In this document: positions 1 through 9,640 of the stretch, in pieces | Layout of the letters: each line of letters opens with the position of its first letter | How positions within the stretch are numbered: position 1 is the first letter of the stretch | Source: Comamonadaceae bacterium | GTDB lineage: Bacteria; Pseudomonadota; Gammaproteobacteria; Burkholderiales; Burkholderiaceae_C | Length of the DNA stretch: 64,000 bases | Assembly: GCA_027483665.1 (NCBI GenBank) | Contig: JAIXUC010000020.1 | Coordinates: 68,719-132,718 of the forward strand | Direction of reading: 5' to 3' | The notes under the pieces: generated by a model | Databases searched by the model: none | Seen by the model: only the letters and a program-made list of their open reading frames with translations | Told to the model about the DNA's origin: nothing | Position numbers and translations under genes: made by a program

Positions 1-882
1 TTCGATCTCGCTGGCGCCTCGGCTGCGCGCCACCTCGAAACCCACCACGTCTTGACCGTTGAGCAGCGCAGCAGAGCGCGGCTCTGCCACGGTGTCGCGC
101 ACTGTGGCCACTTGGTCCAGGCGAATGCGCCGGCCGTCAGACAGGCTCAGCTCCAAGCGACCCAACTCTTCGGCTGATTGCACGGTGGCCAAGGTGCGAA
201 CGGGCTGCTCACTGCCACCCAGATCGACCCGTCCGCCTGCGCTTTCGGTTTGTACTTGGCGCAACTGGCGCGAGATGTCCGCAGCAGTTGCGCCGAGCGC
301 TTGCAGGCGCGCCGGGTCGAGCGCCACATCGACTTGGCGGGTGACCCCGCCAACGCGGTTGACGGCCCCCACGCCACGCTGCGCCAGCAGCAGCTTGGTG
401 ACGGTGTTGTCCACGAACCAGCTCAAGGCCTCTTGGTCCATGGAAGAAGAACGGATGGTGTAGGCCAGCACCGGCTGGCCCGCCAAGTCCACCTTGCGCA
501 CGATGGGGTCGCGCACGTCGGAGGGCAGGTCGCTGCGCACGCCCTGCACCGCAGAACGGACGTCGTCCACAGCTTCTTGCACGGGCTTTTCTAGGCGAAA
601 TTCCGCCGTCACCGTGACGCTGCCGTCCTGCACTTTGGTGGTGACGTTTTTCAAGCCCTGAAGCGGTGCCACTGCGTTTTCCAACTTGCGTGCCACCTCG
701 GTTTCCAGCTGGGCAGGTGCAGCTCCGGGCAGCGAAGCGCTGATGGTGACGGTGGGCAAGTCCAGGTCGGGGAAGTTCTGCACCTTCATCGACTGGAACG
801 AAATCAGGCCGGCGAAGGTGAGCAGCACAAACAGCATCACCGCCGCAATGGGGTTGCGGATGGACCAAGCGGAGACGTTCAT
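1..882 (-). CDS. RND (AcrB/HAE1-type) efflux permease, N-terminal 294 codons; the gene continues past the window start
   Basis: Absent from the ORF track because it runs off the edge. Manual minus-strand translation from the ATG at 882-880 gives MNVSAWSIRNPIAAVMLFVLLTFAGLISFQSMKVQNFPDLDLPTVTISASLPGAAPAQLE..., a canonical RND N-terminus. It lies 30 nt downstream of the adaptor gene. Confidence 0.85.
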   Translation of the reverse strand, partial: MNVSAWSIRNPIAAVMLFVLLTFAGLISFQSMKVQNFPDLDLPTVTISASLPGAAPAQLETEVARKLENAVAPLQGLKNVTTKVQDGSVTVTAEFRLEKPVQEAVDDVRSAVQGVRSDLPSDVRDPIVRKVDLAGQPVLAYTIRSSSMDQEALSWFVDNTVTKLLLAQRGVGAVNRVGGVTRQVDVALDPARLQALGATAADISRQLRQVQTESAGGRVDLGGSEQPVRTLATVQSAEELGRLELSLSDGRRIRLDQVATVRDTVAEPRSAALLNGQDVVGFEVARSRGASEIE

Positions 883-912
883 GGCGGGTGTCCTGGGGTG
901 GTCGTTCGGCGG

Positions 913-2049
913 TTACTTGGTCGCAGCATTGGTCGCAGCCGCGGGTGCAGCAACCACCTTGACCAAGTCGCGGTCGTTCAAAAAGGCAGCGCCTTGCGCC
1001 ACCACTTGCGCGTCTGGGGGCAGGCCTTCGGTGATCTCTACCGAGTTGCCCTGACGGCGTGCAGTGAGTACCTTGAGCTGGCGCACGCGGTTGTCAGGTT
1101 GCAGCGCAAACACATAGCTGAAACCGTCGCGCAGCACGACAGCGGCTGCCGGTATGGTGAGTGCGTCGGTGGCGCCGAGCTCGAAATCGCCGCGCGCAAA
1201 CATGCCAGCACGCAGCTGCGCTTGGGCCGCCGCAGCGGTGGGCAAGTCGACATAGACCAAGGCAGTACGGGTTTGCGGGTCGACCGTGGGGGCCAGCATG
1301 CGCACTTTGCCGGTGACGGCTTGCGGTCCCGGGCCTTGCACTTTCACGGACTGGCCGGGCTGGATGCGCCCCAGCTCAGCAGCCACCACCTCTGCACGCC
1401 ACTCCAGGCGCGACTGGCGGATCAACCGAAACAGCTCGGTGCCTGCGGGCAGCACCGCGCCCACGGTGGCGCTGCGTGCCGAGACGATGCCAGCATCGGG
1501 CGCCAGAACCAGCGTTTGCCGAAGGCGCAGTTGCTGCGATTGCACACTGGCTTGGGCCGATTCCACCCGTGCGCGCGCCGTGAGTTCTGCCGTGAGGTAT
1601 TGGTTGATTTGCTGCGCACTCAAAGCACCACTGGCTTGCAAGCTGCGCGCGCGTTCCGCGTTGGCTTGTGCTTCGGCCAGCGTGGCCTGGGCTTCGGACA
1701 ACGCGGCTCGCACTTGAGCCAGGTCCGCTTGCACCGGTTCGTCTGCAAAGCGGGCCAGCACTTGACCGGCGCTGACGCGGTCGCCCACGTTCACACGCAC
1801 TTCGGCCAAGCGCAGGCCGTTGGCTTCGGTGCCCACGCTGGCCTCTTGCCATGCGCTGATGCTGCCGTTGGCCGACAGGTTCAAGGGCAGGCGCTGCGCC
1901 TGCACACCAACCACCGAAACCGTGAGTGCCGGCTTGGGTTGCGCCGGTGCGTCGGCAGCGCGCGGCCCTTGGCTGAGCCAAGCACCAAGGCCAAGAAGCC
2001 CGATGGCGGCCAAGCTAGTGAATGCGATGGTTTGCGGATGGGGTTTCAT
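913..2049 (-). CDS. Efflux RND periplasmic adaptor (membrane fusion protein)
   Basis: 378-aa ORF with a signal/anchor N-terminus, coiled-coil hairpin repeats (ADLAQVRAALSEAQATLAEAQANAERA...) and beta-barrel/lipoyl-like segments. Sits between the OMF and RND genes. Confidence 0.9.
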   Translation of the reverse strand: MKPHPQTIAFTSLAAIGLLGLGAWLSQGPRAADAPAQPKPALTVSVVGVQAQRLPLNLSANGSISAWQEASVGTEANGLRLAEVRVNVGDRVSAGQVLARFADEPVQADLAQVRAALSEAQATLAEAQANAERARSLQASGALSAQQINQYLTAELTARARVESAQASVQSQQLRLRQTLVLAPDAGIVSARSATVGAVLPAGTELFRLIRQSRLEWRAEVVAAELGRIQPGQSVKVQGPGPQAVTGKVRMLAPTVDPQTRTALVYVDLPTAAAAQAQLRAGMFARGDFELGATDALTIPAAAVVLRDGFSYVFALQPDNRVRQLKVLTARRQGNSVEITEGLPPDAQVVAQGAAFLNDRDLVKVVAAPAAATNAATK

Positions 2050-2149
2050 GCGATGGCTCTGCAGGTGAATGGGGGAGATGAGAAGGAAAATTCAGTGGGG
2101 TTCAGGTGCGATGGCGGCTTTTGCAGCCAACTGACGGGCTCTTTATGGT

Positions 2150-2182
2150 CCCATTGCGGCCTCATTGCGGCCTCATTGCGGC
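2150..2182. repeat. 11-bp tandem repeat x3 (c[c/t]cattgcggc) spanning the stop codon of the OMF gene
   Basis: Direct reading: cccattgcggc ctcattgcggc ctcattgcggc. On the minus strand each full unit carries TGA. Confidence 0.8.
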
Positions 2183-3600
2183 CCTTCCCAGCCGCCGCCC
2201 GCTGCGCGATACAGCGCGATCCAGGCGTTGGCGCGTTCTTGGCGCAAGCCCAGCACTGCGGTTTGGGCAGACAAGGCTGTGCGGCGGGCGTCTTCCAGCT
2301 CAAAGAGGCTGCCTAAGCCGCCGCGCTGGCGCGCAGCGGTTGCCTCTAGAGACGCTTGATAGCCGGTGGCAGCAGCTTGCGCGCTGGCCAAGCGGTCTGC
2401 AGTTGATTGGAGTTGGATGAGCGCGGTCTCGACCTCGGCCACAGCTTGGCGCACCTGGCTGCCGAACTGCAGCACGGCTTCTTCGTAGCTGGCTTCTGAG
2501 GCTGCCGTGTTCGCGCGGCGCTGGCCGCCATCGAACAAAGGCACCGTGATCTGCAGCGGACCAATGGACCACACACTGCCGTTGGTGGTGATGCCGCCGC
2601 TGCGATTGGAAGCGCGGGCGATGGAGCCGGCCACACTCAACCGCGGGTAAGACTGGGCTTTGGCGTTGCGCACATCGGCACTGGCAGCCAGCACCAGGCG
2701 TGCTGCGTTCAAGACATCGGGGCGCTGGGCCAACACTTGCGTGGGCACTGCACTGGGCAGTGACAGCGCGGCATCTGGCGGGTCTGGTGGCTCGACACCC
2801 AGCTCTGCACGCAAGACGCCAGGCGTTTGCGCCGTCAACACAGACAAGCCTTGCAGCTCGACTTCGCATTGCGCGCGCTGGCGCACCTGTTCTGCGCGGC
2901 TTTGTGCGGCGCTGGCGCGCGCCAACGCTGCATCGGCTGGCGCGTCAAAGCCCGCTTCTGCACGCAAGCCCGTCAGGCGCGCCACTTCCGCACGCGACTG
3001 GGCGTCGGCATCGGTGACGCGCAGTGCGCGCTGGCAGTAACGCCAAGAGAAAACCTGCTGCGCCACCTCGGCCGCCACCGACACGCCAGCGCTGTAAGCC
3101 AGCGCCTGCGTGCCTTCCAAGCGGGCCAAGGCCGCGTCCGCTGCCGCGCGGTTGCCCCCGAACAGGTCGATTTCCCAGCCCGCGTCCAGCCCAAGCTGCG
3201 CGCTGCTGCGCACCGGTGTCGCCAATTCCATTCGGCCGCGCGACATTTGGCCCGTGGCATCGAAGGTTGGCCCCAGGGCGGCTGAGGCGGCCACACGCTG
3301 TGCACGCGACTCGGCGATGCGCTTGCGGGCGGCTGCCATGTCGGGGCTGACTTCTTGAGCCCGCGCGATCAAACGCAGCAGCGCCGGGTCTTGCCACTGG
3401 GCCCACCACTGCGCTGCGCTGCCGGTGGCACCTTGAGCACCGTACCAGGCGTTGTCAAAAGCGGACGGCGCGTTCATGGGGACGCTGCCAGGTGGGGCTT
3501 GCAGGCTGGCACATGCCGCCAAAAAAGGTAAAGCTGCTGCGGCAAGCCACAAACGCGAGCGCGCTACCCGGACAGAACAAATGGAGGGGAAAGGCTTCAT
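2173..3600 (-). CDS. Efflux outer-membrane factor lipoprotein (NodT/OprM family)
   Basis: 475-aa ORF with a lipobox (LAAC) after the signal peptide and the two-repeat TolC-like pattern. First structural gene of the efflux operon. Confidence 0.9.
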   Translation of the reverse strand: MKPFPSICSVRVARSRLWLAAAALPFLAACASLQAPPGSVPMNAPSAFDNAWYGAQGATGSAAQWWAQWQDPALLRLIARAQEVSPDMAAARKRIAESRAQRVAASAALGPTFDATGQMSRGRMELATPVRSSAQLGLDAGWEIDLFGGNRAAADAALARLEGTQALAYSAGVSVAAEVAQQVFSWRYCQRALRVTDADAQSRAEVARLTGLRAEAGFDAPADAALARASAAQSRAEQVRQRAQCEVELQGLSVLTAQTPGVLRAELGVEPPDPPDAALSLPSAVPTQVLAQRPDVLNAARLVLAASADVRNAKAQSYPRLSVAGSIARASNRSGGITTNGSVWSIGPLQITVPLFDGGQRRANTAASEASYEEAVLQFGSQVRQAVAEVETALIQLQSTADRLASAQAAATGYQASLEATAARQRGGLGSLFELEDARRTALSAQTAVLGLRQERANAWIALYRAAGGGWEGPQ

Positions 3601-3663
3601 GGTGGATGGAAAAGTTCGAGCGATACCGCTGCTGAGTGCTTTGAGATGGCGATGTGGGAATGG

Positions 3664-4416
3664 TCAGGATGAGCGCGGCGCAATCGATAGCAGATCAGCT
3701 GCACTGGCCGTGGGCTTGTTGGATCGGCCGTCGGGCAGACCGCGCCTGCGCGCCTCGGTCTCGACCATGGCGAGTGCGAAGCCCACCATGCGCTCGGCCC
3801 AAGCGTCCAACGCTGGCGCACTGTCGATCAGCTCGGGCCGGATGGCCTGGATGACGTCTCGGCCCATGAACAAAAACACACCCAGGCTGACGACAGAGAA
3901 GGCCAGCCGATGCAGGTCGTCATCCGGCTCTTCGAGTTGGAAGTGGCGGCACAAGAGCGCCGCCAGCGCCGCTTGGTAGGGCTTGATGCCGTTGTCGATC
4001 TCTTCTGCCCAAACGCCAGTGGGCTCGACCATCTCGCGCATGTGCAACCGGGTACACAAAAGCACCATTTCGCCCTGCTTGAGTGGCTCTGTGAAACCAG
4101 AGAACAGCCCGCGCAGTGCCTGCTCGAGGCTGAGATCGGGGCCGTCGAACAACGCGATGTCGTCCTTCGGGCTGCCCATGGGTTCGGTGAACACGGCCCT
4201 GTACAGGCCTTGCTTGTCGCCGAAGTAATAGCTCACTGCTGCGACATTCGCACCCGCCGCTTGGGCGATGTCGCGAATGGAGGTTCTGGCAAACCCCTGC
4301 TCGGCAAACAAGCGCAGCGCCGCCAAGAGCAAGCGCTCCCTCGCTTCGTGGCCGTCAGCGCGCTGACGGCGCGACCCAGCGGGCTCGACTGAAGGGGGCG
4401 ATGGCGGACGATTCAT
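3664..4416 (-). CDS. TetR/AcrR-family transcriptional repressor, probable regulator of the adjacent efflux operon
   Basis: HTH signature RERLLLAALRLFAEQGFARTSIRDIAQAAGANVAAVSYYFGDKQGLY. The ORF-track start at 4443 is TTG, so I prefer the ATG at 4416 (MNRPP...). Confidence 0.85.
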   Translation of the reverse strand: MNRPPSPPSVEPAGSRRQRADGHEARERLLLAALRLFAEQGFARTSIRDIAQAAGANVAAVSYYFGDKQGLYRAVFTEPMGSPKDDIALFDGPDLSLEQALRGLFSGFTEPLKQGEMVLLCTRLHMREMVEPTGVWAEEIDNGIKPYQAALAALLCRHFQLEEPDDDLHRLAFSVVSLGVFLFMGRDVIQAIRPELIDSAPALDAWAERMVGFALAMVETEARRRGLPDGRSNKPTASAADLLSIAPRSS

Positions 4417-4501
4417 GGGTTCGCATTGAACCACATGAATCAAACGTTTGATTAAAGTTGACAGCGGCTCGGGGGTTTACCCGAACCCACTCAGCCCCCC
4501 G

Positions 4502-4708
4502 TCAGTAGGTTTTGTAAGGCGGGAATTTGCCCGACAGGACCACGTTGACCCGGTCGCCCTTCGGGTCCGCTTCGCGCGTGATGTCCATCAAAAAGTCGAT
4601 GGCGCTCATGATGCCGTCGCCAAATTCCTTGTGAATCAGCTCTTTGATGGTGGCGCCGTAGACGTTGACGATTTCATACCAGCGGTAGATCAGCGGGTCG
4701 GTGGGCAC
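4502..4708 (-). CDS. Small conserved-looking cytoplasmic protein of unknown function (68 aa)
   Basis: Clean ORF with host-like GC3 codon usage (MPTDPLIYRWYEIVNVYGATIKELIHKEFGDGIMSAIDFLMDITREADPKGDRVNVVLSGKFPPYKTY). I cannot assign a family from memory. Confidence 0.5.
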   Translation of the reverse strand: MPTDPLIYRWYEIVNVYGATIKELIHKEFGDGIMSAIDFLMDITREADPKGDRVNVVLSGKFPPYKTY

Positions 4709-4740
4709 GGCGCTGGGCAGCGGGGCTCAAGGCCCCCGAA

Positions 4741-5358
4741 TCAGAGGGCTGGTACGGTGTCGACGAAGCTTGGGCGCTGCATCAGCTTGTCTTGCAACCG
4801 CGACAGGTTGGGGTGGCGGGTGCGCCAGTCGATCTGCGGGAAACGGAACTCCAGCCAGCCCAAGGCGCAACCCACCGCGATGTCCGACAAGCTCATGTGG
4901 ATGCCGCTGCAGAAAGCCTTGTCGCCCAGACCTTTGGACATCGAAGCCAAGGTGGCGTCCACTTTGCCCATTTGCCGATCGATCCAGGCGTCGCTGCGCT
5001 GCTTGGCGGTTCGGCCAGGCCATGTTTGCTCCAAGCGCGCCAAGATGGCCGCGTCCATGGCGCCATCCGCCAGGGCCTCCCAAGTCTTCACCTCGGCACG
5101 TTCACGGCCTGAAGGTGGAATGAGCTTGCCCACCGGCGAGAGGGTGTCGAGGTATTCGACGATCACCCGCGAGTCGAACACCGCCTCGCCGCCTTCCATC
5201 ACCAAGCAGGGCACCTTACCCAGCGGGTTGGAGGCCATGATCTGCGTGTCCGCAGACCACACGTCGTCTGGAACGAACTGGTAGTCCAGTCTTTTTTCTG
5301 CCATCACGATGCGCACTTTGCGCACAAAGGGGCTGGTCTTGGAACCGATCAGTTTCAT
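4741..5358 (-). CDS. Glutathione S-transferase (YibF/GstB-like)
   Basis: N-terminal thioredoxin-like fold (MKLIGSKTSPFVRKVRIVMAEK...GKVPCLVMEGGEAVFDSRVIVEYLD) followed by a helical C-domain. The track start at 5373 is GTG; the ATG at 5358 gives the typical MKLIGS start. Confidence 0.85.
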   Translation of the reverse strand: MKLIGSKTSPFVRKVRIVMAEKRLDYQFVPDDVWSADTQIMASNPLGKVPCLVMEGGEAVFDSRVIVEYLDTLSPVGKLIPPSGRERAEVKTWEALADGAMDAAILARLEQTWPGRTAKQRSDAWIDRQMGKVDATLASMSKGLGDKAFCSGIHMSLSDIAVGCALGWLEFRFPQIDWRTRHPNLSRLQDKLMQRPSFVDTVPAL

Positions 5359-5416
5359 GTGTGGCTTGCTCACTGAAATCCGCTGGCCGGAGGGCTTGGC
5401 GGGGAGCGGATTCTAG

Positions 5417-6853
<1,437 letters not shown>

Positions 6854-6887
6854 TGCGCGCGCGCATGCACTTTCAGCACCGCACGAC

Positions 6888-7448
6888 ATGGCGCTGAAGT
6901 CCATCATTTACAAAGCCAGTCTGCAGCTGGCCGACATTGACAACGCCTACTACGCAGACCACGCCTTGACGCTGGCGCGGCACCCCAGCGAAACCGACGA
7001 ACGCATGATGATTCGCCTGGTGGCGCTGGCGCTGCAAGCGCACCAGTTGCAAACGGTCTGCCAAGGTGATGGCACGCTGGCCTTTGGTGCCGGCTTGAGC
7101 GACCCCGACGAGCCCGATGTGTGGTTGCGCGACTTCACCGGCCGCACACGCGTGTGGGTGGAGGTGGGTCAACCGGAAGAGCGCCCGCTGCTGCGCGCTT
7201 GCAGCAAGGCCGACGCGGTGGTGCTGTACTGCTTTGCGCATTCAGCCGACATCTGGTGGCGCGGCATTCAGAACAAACTCACCCGGCCACGCAACCTGTC
7301 GGTCTGGCGCGTGCCGAGTGCCACCTCGGCCGAACTGGCGGGCATGGCGCAACGCAGCATGCAGCTACAAGGCACGGTGCAAGACGGCGTGCTGATGCTG
7401 GGTGACGGCCAGCGCAACGTCGATGTGGCTTGCGAACGCTGGCTCTAG
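6888..7448 (+). CDS. yaeQ: YaeQ family protein
   Basis: MALKSIIYKASLQLADIDNAYYADHALTLARHPSETDERMMIRLVALAL... matches the characteristic YaeQ N-terminus along the full length. Confidence 0.85.
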   Translation: MALKSIIYKASLQLADIDNAYYADHALTLARHPSETDERMMIRLVALALQAHQLQTVCQGDGTLAFGAGLSDPDEPDVWLRDFTGRTRVWVEVGQPEERPLLRACSKADAVVLYCFAHSADIWWRGIQNKLTRPRNLSVWRVPSATSAELAGMAQRSMQLQGTVQDGVLMLGDGQRNVDVACERWL

Positions 7449-7472
7449 GGCAGCTGGCGCTCAGCCCCTGGC

Positions 7473-7901
7473 TCAAACCCCTCTTCGGGCTGTTTTGTTC
7501 TCGGCGGCTCGCTCTGCATAACGATTGAAGCGCCACGCTTCGGCCTGCAGGGTGATGCGTCGCCACGTTTGACGCTTGGCTGCAGGGCTCAGTTCTGGCC
7601 AATGCTGAACCTCGTCAAAGGTACGCCCACAGCCTTTGCAGATGGCGTCGCCCTGGCTGGTGGAACAAATGGCGATGCAAGGCGTATCAGGGGTGCTGTC
7701 GTACCAACCACGCCAAGCCTCGTAAGCCCGAGGTGGAAAGCCGCGCTCCTCTGCCTCGTCTTCGTGGTGGTAGACCATGAGCGCGTAAACCTCGGCCAAA
7801 GCGCGCAGTTCGGGCGCCAGCGTCACACCATCGGGCGAAGGCTTGCGCTCGCGCCAGAAGTTGATCGCAGATTCGATGTCGGTGATGTGTATGCCTGCCA
7901 T
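7473..7901 (-). CDS. DUF3717-like N-domain fused to a DUF1289 (YdhL-type Cys-rich) domain
   Basis: The C-half carries CIAICSTSQGDAICKGCGRTFDEVQHW, the DUF1289 cysteine pattern. The N-half (ITDIESAINFWRERKPSPDG) resembles DUF3717. Confidence 0.65.
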   Translation of the reverse strand: MAGIHITDIESAINFWRERKPSPDGVTLAPELRALAEVYALMVYHHEDEAEERGFPPRAYEAWRGWYDSTPDTPCIAICSTSQGDAICKGCGRTFDEVQHWPELSPAAKRQTWRRITLQAEAWRFNRYAERAAENKTARRGV

Positions 7902-8046
7902 GAATGCGCCAAACGGCAGACGGTCGGCGTCTGCACGGGGGCGCGATCATAGCCCTGGCATCCGTCATCACGCCCACCATCGAAAAAGCCCACGCTGGCC
8001 GCTTGTGCCAGCGTGGGCTCCCATGGCTTGGAGGCGAGAGAACGGG

Positions 8047-9015
8047 CTACTTGTGTTTCGAGGACAAGTCAGCCGGCGAAGAGCGCACGCTCAGCCACAT
8101 GGTCAGCGCGAGCACGGCCACCACCACGCCCAGCGACACCGCCACGGGGATCTTGTAGATGTCGATCAACATCATCTTGGTGCCGATGAACACCAACACC
8201 ACGGCCAAGCCGTAGTTGAGGAGGTGGAACTTGCCAGCTACAGCGGCCAACAAGAAATACATGGCGCGCAGACCCAGAATGGCGAACACGTTGCTGGTCA
8301 GCACGATGAACGGGTCGCTGGTGATGGCAAAGATGGCGGGGATGGAGTCGACCGCAAAGATGACGTCGGTCAGGCCCACCAAGCAGATGACCATCAGCAA
8401 AGGCGTGGCGATTTTTTTACCGTTTTCCACCGTGAAGAACTTCTCGCCGTCGAAGTTCTTCGACACCGGCAGCACGCGGCGCAGCAACTTCAGGGCGGGG
8501 TTGTCATCCAGCGAAGGCTCTTTGCCAGCAGCCCACCACATCTTGACGCCAGTGAGGATCAGGAAAGCACCGAACACATACAAGATCCAGTGGAACTGCT
8601 GCAGCAGCCAGCCACCGATCAAGATCATGATGGTTCGCAAGACGATGGCACCGATGATGCCGATCATCAACACCCGCTTCTGGTAGGCCGGTGGCACCGC
8701 GAAGTAAGTGAAGATCATCAAGAACACGAAGATGTTGTCCACCGCCAGCGACTTCTCGATGAGGTAGCCGGTGAGGAACTCCAGCGATTTCTCGTTGGCC
8801 ACCTCGGTCGAACCCGTGCTGTCTTTGACGGCCCACCAGAACAAGCCGTTGAACACAAAGGACAGGGCGACCCATACCAAAGACCAATTCAGGGCTTCTT
8901 TAACCCCGACCTCATGCGCGCCTTGTTTCTTGAGGACCACAAAGTCCACAAACAGAGACACGAGAACGATGGCCACAAAAGTGACCCACAGCCACATGGG
9001 CGCGATGGTTTGCAT
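8047..9015 (-). CDS. TerC/Alx-family integral membrane protein, putative Mn2+/redox-associated exporter
   Basis: 322 aa, about 9 TM segments, TerC motifs (SLAVDNIFVF..., AVDSIPAIFAITSDPFIVLTSNVFAILGLRAMYF). Preceded by a yybP-ykoY riboswitch. Confidence 0.9.
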   Translation of the reverse strand: MQTIAPMWLWVTFVAIVLVSLFVDFVVLKKQGAHEVGVKEALNWSLVWVALSFVFNGLFWWAVKDSTGSTEVANEKSLEFLTGYLIEKSLAVDNIFVFLMIFTYFAVPPAYQKRVLMIGIIGAIVLRTIMILIGGWLLQQFHWILYVFGAFLILTGVKMWWAAGKEPSLDDNPALKLLRRVLPVSKNFDGEKFFTVENGKKIATPLLMVICLVGLTDVIFAVDSIPAIFAITSDPFIVLTSNVFAILGLRAMYFLLAAVAGKFHLLNYGLAVVLVFIGTKMMLIDIYKIPVAVSLGVVVAVLALTMWLSVRSSPADLSSKHK

Positions 9016-9069
9016 AAATGACCTCAGTAAAGCGAAAGGACCATGCGCTTTTGCGACATGGCAGGTTCG

Positions 9070-9204
9070 CCGAAAGGTCTTGCGGGAAGGCCTGTTGGCA
9101 GGCTCTGCGGCATCCGGGTAGCCACGCTGTTGTGGCTGCCGTATTGACGGACGGTCGCAGCAGCGCGCGGTGCTTGCCGCGCTGCTCGCTACTCCCCCTT
9201 CGGG
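9070..9204 (-). promoter_or_regulatory. yybP-ykoY (manganese) riboswitch aptamer in the 5' leader of the TerC gene
   Basis: The minus-strand RNA reads CCGAAGGGGGAGUAGCGAGCAGC...GUCAAUACGG...CCCGCAAGACCUUUCGG. It contains the two hallmark conserved blocks GGGGAGUAGC (9188-9198) and GCAAGACCUUUC (9072-9083), and a closing P1 helix (CCGAAGG / CCUUUCGG). It sits 54 nt upstream of the start codon of a TerC gene, the classic genomic context. Confidence 0.8.
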
Positions 9205-9286
9205 AAGAACGGGATTGTGGCGAAGCCGCTCATGACCGTCAAATGTTGAAGGTTTCTGGTTAAAAACCCACTGCTATGCTGAGAGC

Positions 9287-9640
9287 ATGAAACTCTTAGC
9301 GCGTTGGTTGTTGTGCGCCGTGGCCCTGTTGGCTGTGTCCCAGGTTTACAGCGGGGTGCAGGTGAGCAGCTTTGGGGCCGCGATGGTCGCGGCCTTGGTG
9401 ATGGGCCTTTTCAACGCGTTGCTGCGCCCGGTTTTGGTGTTGCTCACCCTGCCCGTGACTGTGCTCACCCTGGGTTTGTTCCTGTTTGTCATCAACGCCC
9501 TGCTGTTTTGGGCGGCAGCCAGCTTGCTGGAAGGATTTCAGGTCAGCGGCTTTTGGGCAGCACTGATTGGCTCCTTGGCCTATTCGGTGCTGGGCCTCAT
9601 CATCGACTTAGCGCTCCAGCGCCTGTTCCCTTCGAAGTGA
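9287..9640 (+). CDS. DUF360 / 'phage holin family 4' (YvlD-like) small membrane protein
   Basis: 117 aa with 4 predicted TM segments; the motif LRPVLVLLTLPVTVLTLGLFLFVINALLF is typical of this family. Confidence 0.75.
   Translation: MKLLARWLLCAVALLAVSQVYSGVQVSSFGAAMVAALVMGLFNALLRPVLVLLTLPVTVLTLGLFLFVINALLFWAAASLLEGFQVSGFWAALIGSLAYSVLGLIIDLALQRLFPSK

Noticed and set aside
209-868. 219-aa minus-strand ORF at the window start
   Set aside because: Wrong frame. The adjacent frame, starting at ATG 882, reads a perfect RND permease N-terminus.
7843-9021. 392-aa His/Asp/Gln-rich ORF (looks like a metal-binding protein)
   Set aside because: It is the antisense frame of the TerC gene. The His-richness is a by-product of the complement of Val/Met/Leu-rich TM codons.
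9287-9640. 'Phage holin family' gene as evidence of a prophage
   Set aside because: It is an isolated DUF360-type membrane protein with no phage structural, lysis or integrase genes around it. The family name is historical.
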